A stretch of 64,000 bases of DNA from positions 124,001 to 188,000 of the forward strand of contig NW_013657654.1 in the NCBI RefSeq assembly GCF_000142905.1, read 5' to 3'. This document shows, piece by piece, positions 55,936 to 64,000 of the stretch (the stretch's first letter is position 1; every line of letters begins with the position of its first letter). The notes under the pieces are model-generated. The model had not been told where the DNA came from. It searched no databases and was given only the letters and a program-made list of their open reading frames with translations. This stretch comes from Thecamonas trahens ATCC 50062 (lineage: Eukaryota > Protista > Apusomonadida). Position numbers and translations under genes: made by a program.

Positions 55936-57564
55936 CTACGGGGAAGGTGCGGAGCCAGGGCAGTTGGGCGCGGAAGCGGTGGCCTCGTTGGCGAGGAGCA
56001 GCTGCAGGTCTGCAATTTGCCGCATGCCAGCCTTGAGAACAACGACGTCGTCCTGGAGTGCCATGACCGAGGCAGCAAGCTGCTGCATGTGCGCCGACTT
56101 GGACCGCGCCTGTGGCTTGGCTTGCGGCGATCGCTTGAGCGAGAGCTCCGAGGTGTGGACGGCCTGGTGGGTCAACGTCTCGAGCTGGTCGATGACCGGC
56201 GCAAGGTCGAGCTTAAAAGCCTCCAGCTGCTCGGCTGCGATGCGGGTAGCGAGCCGTGCGGCTTCATCCGCGGTGGTAAACTTGCCTGCACGCTCGGCCT
56301 TGCCCGGCGAATGCGCCGGCTTGGAGGCGACGGCTTCGAGGGCTGTCGACGAGGCATGGAGCGCGGTGGAGGTCTTGGCGTCCACGTCGGCAAGCTTGTC
56401 GAGCATGACGCTGCGAGTCGTCTCCTCAGCCGACTCGAGGGCGTGGATCTTGTCCTTGAGACGCAGCAGTGCAGCCGCAAGGCTTTCGATCCGATCGTCT
56501 TCCACCTGAGAGGGGAGGCCCGAGACAATGAGTGGCTTGACAAGGGCCTCCATCGCTTTGAGTTCGTCGGCTACCACCGCCAGCGACTTCTCAATATGGT
56601 CGTGAAGGCCGTCGACCTCGGCCCGGAGCACCGATGGCAGCTCGGCCGAGGCCTCGAGCGCTGCCATCCGCTGCTCCAACGCATGCAGCGTAGCCGCGCA
56701 AGCACACGCAGCGCTGGCGGTAGCCTCAGCGGCGGGCAACTCGGTCGGGGCTGGGGCTGGGACCGGGATCGGGGCCGGCTCGGGCACGGGCACGGGCACG
56801 GGCTCGGGCTCGGGCACGGGCTCGGACTGCGGCTGCGGCTGGGGATTAACAGCAGGCGAGAGATCGTCGAGGACAAGTGCGCGGGCCGAGGCTGGTGACG
56901 CTGACGGTGAGGCGTGCTGGGCAGCGAGCGCTTCGCGGCGAGCACGGCGAAAGTCGGCAAGCGGCGAGCCGAGGGCGAGGCGGACAACCGGCTCAGCCGA
57001 GCGGGCGGGTGAGGCCGGCGGCGGGTGCTCGTGGCGCGGCTTGGCCGCTAGCGCAGCGAGCTGATCCAGAGCCGATGACGGCGGCTTGCGCGGGAGCGAG
57101 CGCAAGTGCGGCGAGTCAGCATCGTCATCAGCGCCAGCGCCGGCTGGAGTGCCCGGCGGTGGAGATGGCTGCGGCGGGGGGAGTTTGCGCGGCTCGTCCT
57201 CTGCGCGCGGCGAGAGGCCCAGAGAGTGGCGGCCAGGCAAGAGAACTGGCTCCAGGCCGGCCTGCGGCAGCCGATCATGTAGGCGCCTCCCGATGGAGCC
57301 GGCAGGGCGCCAAGAGGTAGCGGCATCGGACGCGGAGGCAGCCGACGAGCGAGGGGCACGGGTTGAGGGCTGCTGTGTGAGAGGCGAGGGGCGTGGCGAA
57401 GGCGATGCAGCGTGGGCAAAGCGGGCGCGCCACGAGGCAAACGAGGCGTGTATGGCAGCCGAGGGCGAGAGAGAGGCTGGCGGGAGGCCTGTGGCCGGGT
57501 CTGACGGCGGCAGTGGGAGGACGTCCGAGGGTGCAAAGGCCGCATTGCGTCTGCGGCGGGACAT
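55936..57564 (-). CDS. Hypothetical Pro-rich / coiled-coil protein
   Basis: 542-aa ORF with a heptad-rich C-terminal half. Confidence 0.62.
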   Translation of the reverse strand: MSRRRRNAAFAPSDVLPLPPSDPATGLPPASLSPSAAIHASFASWRARFAHAASPSPRPSPLTQQPSTRAPRSSAASASDAATSWRPAGSIGRRLHDRLPQAGLEPVLLPGRHSLGLSPRAEDEPRKLPPPQPSPPPGTPAGAGADDDADSPHLRSLPRKPPSSALDQLAALAAKPRHEHPPPASPARSAEPVVRLALGSPLADFRRARREALAAQHASPSASPASARALVLDDLSPAVNPQPQPQSEPVPEPEPVPVPVPEPAPIPVPAPAPTELPAAEATASAACACAATLHALEQRMAALEASAELPSVLRAEVDGLHDHIEKSLAVVADELKAMEALVKPLIVSGLPSQVEDDRIESLAAALLRLKDKIHALESAEETTRSVMLDKLADVDAKTSTALHASSTALEAVASKPAHSPGKAERAGKFTTADEAARLATRIAAEQLEAFKLDLAPVIDQLETLTHQAVHTSELSLKRSPQAKPQARSKSAHMQQLAASVMALQDDVVVLKAGMRQIADLQLLLANEATASAPNCPGSAPSP

Positions 57565-58087
57565 ACTGGCGTGTGTGGCGTGTGTGGTGTGTGTGGTGTG
57601 TGTGGTGTGTGTGGTGTGTGGCTACCGGGGGTGGGGTGGGGGTGGGTGGGGGTGGGTGGGGTGGGTGGGAAGGGGAGCTGGGTGGCACCCACTGGCTGAC
57701 CCCCCCCCCCCCNNNNNNNNNNNNNNNNNNNNNNNNNNNNNNNNNNNNNNNNNNNNNNNNNNNNNNNNNNNNNNNNNNNNNNNNNNNNNNNNNNNNNNNN
57801 NNNNNNNNNNNNNNNNNNNNNNNNNNNNNNNNNNNNNNNNNNNNNNNNNNNNNNNNNNNNNNNNNNNNNNNNNNNNNNNNNNNNNNNNNNNNNNNNNNNN
57901 NNNNNNNNNNNNNNNNNNNNNNNNNNNNNNNNNNNNNNNNNNNNNNNNNNNNNNNNNNNNNNNNNNNNNNNNNNNNNNNNNNNNNNNNNNNNNNNNNNNN
58001 NNNNNNNNNNNNNNNNNNNNNNNNNNNNNNNNNNNNNNNNNNNNNNNNNNNNNNNNNNNNNNNNNNNNNNNNNNNNNNNNNNNNNAT

Positions 58088-59962
58088 CCCGAGCTCATCT
58101 CGGCCCATCTGGATGGCTCAAAGTGGACCAAGGCCTCGTCCAAGGTCACTGTTACCACCATCATCAACACTCAGTGCATCACTATTGGTGATGCCCTGCG
58201 GGATATGGACTCCAGGGATGTCATCTCGGGCGACTTTGTCCTCGTGGCCGGCGACGTCGTCTCCAACCTCGACCTCCGCCCCGTCATCGCCGAGCATAAG
58301 AGGCGCCGGGAGGCCGACAAGGGCGCCATCATGACTTCGGTGTACAAAAAGGTGGCGCCGTCGCACCGTACCCGCTCGCTCAACGATGACGTCATTGTCG
58401 GGCTCAACACAGAGACGTCCGAGGTGGTCTACTTCTCGTCCGAGGTCGAGTCGTCCAAGATTGATCTCGACGTCCGGCTCTTCACCGAGGTGCCCAAACT
58501 CGAGCTCCGCCATGATCTGCTGGACACCTTTATCGACATCTGCGCACCCGAGGTGCTCATGCTGTTTTCGGACAACTTTGACTACTCGGACTTGCGCTCC
58601 GACTTTGTGCGCGGCATTCTCGGCGCCGAGATTCTCGGCAACAAGGTCTTTGCCCACATTGTCTCCTCGCACTACGCCGCCCGCATCCAGTGCCTCAAGA
58701 CCTACGCCGCCGTCTCGCTCGACGTTGTCCACCGGTGGACCTTTCCGCTGGTGCCGGACTCGAACTTTATGAACTCGTCGCTCTATCGCCACGCCCGCCA
58801 CAACGTCTATCGCGAGCAGGGTGTCACTCTCGCCCGCTCGTCAGTTGTCGGCGGCGACACGGTCATCGGCCGTGGAACGTGCATTGCCGAAGGCGCGTCG
58901 GTCGAGGGCTGCATCATCGGCCGCAACTGCGTCATTGGCAAGGGCGTCAAGCTCGTCGGCTGCTACATCTGGGACTCGGTTACCATCGAAGCCGATGTCA
59001 CGGTCGAGTCATCCATCATTGCCTCGGGCGCTGTCCTCCGCGCCGGTGCCGTCGTCTCGCCCGGCTCGATCGTCTCGTACAATGTTGTCATCGGCGCCGG
59101 TCACGTTGTTCCGCCGTCGACCAAGATCACCACCGCCGCGCCGTCGTCGTCGTTTGACGACGCCTCGTCGTTTGCCTCGGACTCGGGCGAGCTCGCCTCG
59201 TCACCGCTCGCCTCTTCGCCGCACGCCGCCGCTTTTCTCGCCCGCTCCTCACCGTCGCGCGCCTCGGCTGTGCCCAGCAGCCTGCACGCCGACGTCGGCG
59301 CCGGCGGCGTCGGCCGCGTGTACGACGACCCGTGCCAGGACTCGTCGCTTGTCCTCCGCCGCCACATCGCCACCGTCCACGACCTTGACGACGAGAGCGA
59401 CTCGGAGTCGACCGCATCCGACGACTCGCTCGACGACGGCAACTACGACCCGCATTCGCACTTTATGCGCGAGATGGTAGCGACCATGGACCGCGGCGCG
59501 ACTGAAAACCACGAAGTTGAGAATGTCGCTGTCGAGATTGCCTCGCTCAAGCTCGCTTTTGACCGTACCGTCGCTGACGTCTCCACCGCCATCCTTGTCT
59601 GGCTGCTCGGCGCTGTCGACGCCAAGGATCCAATCAACTCGACCAAGGCCATGCTCGGCAAGTGGAGCCCGCTGTTGCGCAAGTTTCAGGGCGATCTCTC
59701 GCGCGACGACGAGACCGATCTCTGCATCTCGTTCCAGGACTACGCCATGGCCCACCCCGAGTTTATGGCCGTCTCGCACATCCCGCTCCAGCTCCTCTAC
59801 GAAGACGACATCCTCTCGCGCAACGCCATCCTCGCCTGGGCCGACCTGGTCAAGGAGGAGGGCGACGACGTTGCCATTCTCGACCACGCCGACCGCTTCC
59901 TCACCTGGCTTCGCGAGAACAACGACGAGTACGAGTACGACTCGTACGAGGAGTACGAGTAA
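58088..59962 (+). CDS. EIF2B5: Translation initiation factor eIF2B epsilon subunit; 5' end lies in gap 57713-58085
   Basis: IGDALRDMD...DFVLVAGDVVSN, IDICAPEVLMLFSDNFDY, HRWTFPLVPD, hexapeptide beta-helix, W2 domain EIASLK...LYEDDILSRNAILAW. Confidence 0.95.
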   Translation, partial: PELISAHLDGSKWTKASSKVTVTTIINTQCITIGDALRDMDSRDVISGDFVLVAGDVVSNLDLRPVIAEHKRRREADKGAIMTSVYKKVAPSHRTRSLNDDVIVGLNTETSEVVYFSSEVESSKIDLDVRLFTEVPKLELRHDLLDTFIDICAPEVLMLFSDNFDYSDLRSDFVRGILGAEILGNKVFAHIVSSHYAARIQCLKTYAAVSLDVVHRWTFPLVPDSNFMNSSLYRHARHNVYREQGVTLARSSVVGGDTVIGRGTCIAEGASVEGCIIGRNCVIGKGVKLVGCYIWDSVTIEADVTVESSIIASGAVLRAGAVVSPGSIVSYNVVIGAGHVVPPSTKITTAAPSSSFDDASSFASDSGELASSPLASSPHAAAFLARSSPSRASAVPSSLHADVGAGGVGRVYDDPCQDSSLVLRRHIATVHDLDDESDSESTASDDSLDDGNYDPHSHFMREMVATMDRGATENHEVENVAVEIASLKLAFDRTVADVSTAILVWLLGAVDAKDPINSTKAMLGKWSPLLRKFQGDLSRDDETDLCISFQDYAMAHPEFMAVSHIPLQLLYEDDILSRNAILAWADLVKEEGDDVAILDHADRFLTWLRENNDEYEYDSYEEYE

Positions 59963-60015
59963 GAGTAACACAACCGTGGTGGTGCAAGTTGTCGGTAGAC
60001 ACGTGCAGCGCAGCC

Positions 60016-61967
60016 TCATCGCGCCGCCGCGTGGCCCTCGGCATTGATGTGCTTGAACATGGCGTTGCGGGTTGGGAACTGGGTGAGACACACACTGCAC
60101 TGCCACTGCGCGGCAGCGCCCTTGCCCTTCTTGCGACGGCGGGGCCGGCGCTTCTCGGTCACGGCTCGGTCGGGCTGGTCCTCGGTCACGGTCGCGCGCT
60201 CCAGCGCCGCACTCGATGACGTGTGCGGGACGTGGGTCTCGTTCCGCGCTGTGTCCATGTACACAAACCCGGTGTCGGCGCCGGCGCCATCAGCGGCGTC
60301 GGCGGCGAGCATGGCCTCACGCACCTGCGCTGCCTTGCGCTTGTGCTTCTTCGAGTTAAGGTGGTTCGAGAGCTGGCCCGGCGACTTGAACTTTGTCTTG
60401 CACAGTGGGCACCACGGCCTGCCGTCGGCGTCGACAATGTCGGCCGGTGCGATCGACGGCGCAGGGGGCTGCGCCGGCTGCGTCGGCTGTGCCGCAGCTG
60501 CGGGAGGCGGCTCGTCTAGTGACGCTGCGGCGTGGCCGCCGGCGATTCCACCGGTGTGGCCGGAGCCGAGAGCACCTGGTCATCGGCGCCGTTGCCGATG
60601 ACCTGCTCCAGGGCGGCGCCCGCGGCAGCGGCGCGGAGTTGGGCCTCAGCGGCGGCCTTTTTCTTGTGCTTCTTGGAGTTATTGTGGTTGCGGAGCTGGC
60701 CGATGGTGCCAAAGCTCTTGGAGCAGAGCTCGCACTCGTAGACGATGGTCGCGTCGTCGCCCGAGGCAGAGTTAGCGCCAGTAGCGGCAGCTGCGGCGCT
60801 GGGAGCCACCGAAGCGCTGGCCGAGGTGTCGACGCGGTCGTAGATGGAGTAGTTGTCGTCGTAGAGGGCGGCAAACTCGTCCGAGTCCATCTCCTCCATC
60901 ATTTGGGCCTCCCAAACCTCGCGGGCAGCCTTGGCTTGAGCGCGGCGGGTCTCAGCGTTGGCTTTGGCGCGGGCAAGGGCGGAGGCCTTGCGCTCGGCCT
61001 TGGTCTTGGCCTCTTGTGCAGCACGGCGTGCACGTTCCTTCTCGAGGGCGATCATGCGCGGGTCGCGGCGGGCGACCGACTTGACCAGAGAGCGAATGAG
61101 CTCGTTGTGCTCGATTCGCGCCTTGTTGCGGGCCTTGTCGTTCTTCTTCCTGGCAGCGCGCTTGATCTGGCGATTTGGCGCGGTCCGCAGGTCGTAGATA
61201 TCGACCCATGCAAAGGACTTTGCGGTGGTGAACGCGTTCCACGCCGAGTAAAAGGCGCGGACGGTCTCGGGAGCCGCCTGCGATCCACCAAACGTCGGAC
61301 GGGTCCGCGGCTTGATATCGGGCGCGGCAAGGTCGACCTCTTCGCGGTTGAGCGCCTCAAACAGCCCGCCCATGACAGCGTAGAACGAGTCGTCGTCGGC
61401 ATCATCAAACGACGAATATGACGAGGAGGAGAAGAAGGGCCAGACGTTGACGAGAACAGCGTCGCCGTCGCCATTGCCGCCGCCACTCGATCCAGCGCCC
61501 CCATGGAGGATGGAGATGCGATGCTCATCGTACCACGCTCGCTCGTCGGGATCCGACAGCGTCTCGTACGCCGCCTGGATGCGCTGGAAGAAAGCATGGG
61601 CCTCCTCCGCCCGATGCAGGTTCTTGTCCGGATGCCACTCCCTAGCCAGTGCCCGATACGCCTTCTTGATGGCTGCTTCCGATGCGTCCAGTTGCAGGCC
61701 CAGTAGCTGCACAGTCAGGAGGGGAGAGGGGAGGAGGGTGAGATGGGGGCGGAGCCGGGGGGGGGGGGATGATGGGGGGGGGGGGTGGTTGTGGTGTGGG
61801 TGGGACAGCGAGATCAGATCAGATCAGAGCTGATCAGAGCTGATCAGAGCTGATCCTGAGCCATCCTCCTGCTCCTGCTCCTCCTGCTCATAGCCACAGC
61901 AGGCCCTTGCATCAAAATTCCATACCTCGTAGTGGCACACCATGCGCCCGGTTGCGTCGGACGACAT
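60016..61967 (-). CDS. DNAJC21: DnaJ-family ribosome biogenesis co-chaperone DNAJC21/Jjj1; exons 61967-61926 and 61706-60016; undercall near 60530
   Basis: CHYE|LLGL...IKKAYRALAREWHPDKN, ERAWYDEHR, FYSAWNAFTTAKSFAW, RRDPR, and three C2H2 fingers. Confidence 0.9.
61811..61860. repeat. Short GATCAGAGCT tandem repeat in the DNAJC21 intron
   Basis: Seen directly, 3-4 copies. Confidence 0.8.
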
Positions 61968-62320
61968 GTGTGGTTGTTGGGTGGTGGGGTGGGGTGGGGT
62001 GGGTTGGGGTGGGTGGTGGGTTGGGGTGGGTGGTGGCTGGTGGGTGGTGGGTGGGGTGGCTGGTGGGTGGTGGGTGATGGGTGGGTGATGGGTGGATGGG
62101 TGATGGGTGCTGGCTGGTGGGCGATGGGTGGCTGATGGGTGATGGGTGCTGGCTGGTGGGCGATGGGTGGCTGGCTGACGAGGGACGAATGACTGAGAGG
62201 CTCTCCACCCAAAGCCGACAAAGGCACCGAACAGAACAATCCGACTGCCTGTTGCCCCCCCCCCCCCCCCCCCCTCCCCCCTCCCCCTTCCCCCTCGTCC
62301 CCCCACACCTCCCTCCTTCC

Positions 62321-63382
62321 ATGTCCGCACTACTGCGTGCTCTTACCCGGGCACTCCCGCGCCACCCACTGCGGCCTGTCTCGGCTGCCACCACCACTTC
62401 GGCCGCCCGCACGATCTCGGGCACATCGCGGGCAGAGGGGCATGTTGCGGGCCTAGGGACTACGGTCGAGCTGAACAACGGGGTGGCCATGCCGCGGATG
62501 GGTCTCGGCACGTGGCAGGCCGAGCCGGGCGCGGTGGGCGCTGCCGTCACTGCTGCTCTCGCCGCAGGCTACAGGCACATCGACTGCGCCTCGGTGTACG
62601 GCAACGAGGGCGAGGTGGGCCTCGCGCTGGCGGCGGCCATCGCCGATGGCGTTGTTACGCGCGATGACGTCTTTGTCACCTCCAAGCTCTGGTGCACCTC
62701 GCACGGCACAGACAACGTGGCGCCCGCCCTCGAGCGGAGTCTGGAGCGGCTCGGACTGGACCATCTTGATCTGTACCTCATCCACGTCCCTGTCGCCCTC
62801 CGCAAGCGCGCGCCTGAGGACGGGGGCAACGAGGCTAGCGTCGAGATTGTCCACATTCCGCTGGCAGAGACCTGGGCTGGCATGGAATCTGTGCTTGCGG
62901 CAGGCCTCACCCGTGCCATCGGTGTCTCCAACATGCCCACCCTCACCCTCAACGACCTGCTCGGCTCGGCCTCTGTTATTCCGGCCGTCAACCAGATCGA
63001 GCGCCACCCGTACCTTCCCCAGACCGAGCACGCTTCCTGGGCCGCAGAGCACGGCATCCAGATCATCGCCTACTCGCCGCTGGGCAACGCGTCGCTCGAC
63101 GCCCACGCTGCCCCCGGCGCCCCGCCGCCGCTTCTGGAGCACCCGGTCGTCGCAGACGTGGCCGCCGCCGTCGGTGCTACCCGCGCACAGGTCCTCCTCG
63201 CCTGGAACCTGGCCCAGGGCTCGTCGGTCATCCCCAAGTCGGTCTCGCCAGCTCGCATCGTCGAGAACGCTGCCTCCATCGACCTGCAGCTGCCGGCCGA
63301 CGCCCTTGAAGCCCTTAACGCGCTCGATTGCGGCAGGCGCTATCTCGACTTTGCCTGGACTGGCTTCTCCCTCTTTAAGTGA
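62321..63382 (+). CDS. Aldo-keto reductase with a presequence-like N-terminus
   Basis: MPRMGLGTW, GYRHIDCASVYGNE, FVTSKLW, LDLYLIH, AIGVSN, NQIERHPY, AYSPLG, IPKS. The D/Y/K/H catalytic tetrad is intact. Confidence 0.95.
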   Translation: MSALLRALTRALPRHPLRPVSAATTTSAARTISGTSRAEGHVAGLGTTVELNNGVAMPRMGLGTWQAEPGAVGAAVTAALAAGYRHIDCASVYGNEGEVGLALAAAIADGVVTRDDVFVTSKLWCTSHGTDNVAPALERSLERLGLDHLDLYLIHVPVALRKRAPEDGGNEASVEIVHIPLAETWAGMESVLAAGLTRAIGVSNMPTLTLNDLLGSASVIPAVNQIERHPYLPQTEHASWAAEHGIQIIAYSPLGNASLDAHAAPGAPPPLLEHPVVADVAAAVGATRAQVLLAWNLAQGSSVIPKSVSPARIVENAASIDLQLPADALEALNALDCGRRYLDFAWTGFSLFK

Positions 63383-63461
63383 GTACCCGCGCTCCGTGGC
63401 ACAACTGTAAACCTGCAAGGGCATTGCGGTCGAGAGCGCCGCAGGCGTTCGGACCTGGAGC

Positions 63462-63737
63462 TCAGAAGAGCTTAAAAGCCGAGAGCATTGACGCGGCCTT
63501 GATGGCGCCGCGAACGTCAAAGCCCCACAGGTTCTTGATGTCGGCGTAGACGACATCGAGCTTTGCCCGCATGGCCGGATCGGGCCGCTTGACCACCTTG
63601 GTCGCCTCGGCGACCAACTCCTTCTTGGTTGCCTCGTCGAGGGCCACCCAGTAGTTGACAATGTCCTCAAACCGCGCCGTCCCGGCCTCCAGCTTTCCCT
63701 TGCCCTTGCCCTCCTCGTCCCCCTCCGCCGCTCCCAT
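63462..63737 (-). CDS. Small hypothetical protein, or the 3' part of a gene extending upstream
   Basis: MGAAEGDEE...FEDIVNYWVALDEATKKEL...IKNLWGFDV with strong GC3 bias. Confidence 0.5.
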   Translation of the reverse strand: MGAAEGDEEGKGKGKLEAGTARFEDIVNYWVALDEATKKELVAEATKVVKRPDPAMRAKLDVVYADIKNLWGFDVRGAIKAASMLSAFKLF

Positions 63738-64000
63738 CGCCGGCCCTGTCGACGCTGCCCGTATCCCACGCCATCTGCCGATTGCCATCCACCGCCATCG
63801 GCTGCCTGTCGCCGCCGTCGGCGCAGCACCCGCCGCCACACCCACAGTCGGCGCAGCAGCCGTCCACCGTCCCGCCGCCCACCGGCCCGCTCCGCACCAC
63901 GTCAAGCACCGCGCCGCCATGCAAGCCTCTTGCACCTGTCCCTGCTTCCTGCTCTGCTGCGGTAGAGAGCCGTGTCGCCTGTCGCCCTCCCGCAACACGC

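Noticed and set aside
57086-58085. Long N-terminal extension of eIF2B-epsilon, and other ORFs crossing N runs
   Set aside because: Artefacts of translating through gaps (360-629, 3175-3274, 6668-6846, 18921-19020, 57713-58085).
2398-60530. Pseudogene calls or programmed frameshifting for the split genes
   Set aside because: There is no shared slippery motif, no internal stops or decay, and essential genes are affected. Homopolymer undercalls explain almost all sites.
1-64000. rRNA, tRNA or snRNA genes
   Set aside because: None recognised by eye. A tRNAscan-SE or Infernal run would be needed to exclude small RNAs.

Overview
GC-rich, very gene-dense eukaryotic nuclear DNA from a draft assembly, with five N-gaps. 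It looks like a flagellated unicellular protist; an apusomonad such as Thecamonas is my inference only. About 30 protein-coding genes are present, with few GT-AG introns, mostly near the 5' end. They include NOX (partial), bacterial-type ArsM, PAQR, mitochondrial ThrRS, AIR1/2, RWDD2, RFC2, a P450, an F-box/LRR protein, HAUS4, C7orf25, SNW1, CTC1, TPGS1, calcyphosin, NPL4, BUD13, eIF2B-epsilon, DNAJC21 and an AKR. About 14 apparent frameshifts are each repaired by adding one base to a homopolymer run, so they are probably sequencing undercalls; they split real genes in the ORF track. The standout, after repairing two such sites, is a predicted ~944-aa protein at 19278-22376: divergent Ran GTPase, 11 FxFG nucleoporin-type repeats, a RanBP2 zinc finger, a Lys-rich linker and a fused H2B-H2A-H3 histone triplet with an intact acidic patch. 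Other unusual architectures are a Kelch-PB1-MEKK-SH2 kinase, an NPL4 with six zinc motifs and a dead PNK-like kinase/phosphatase fused to a SWIM finger. I found no rRNA, tRNA or CRISPR array. All family calls come from motif recognition by eye, not from database searches.
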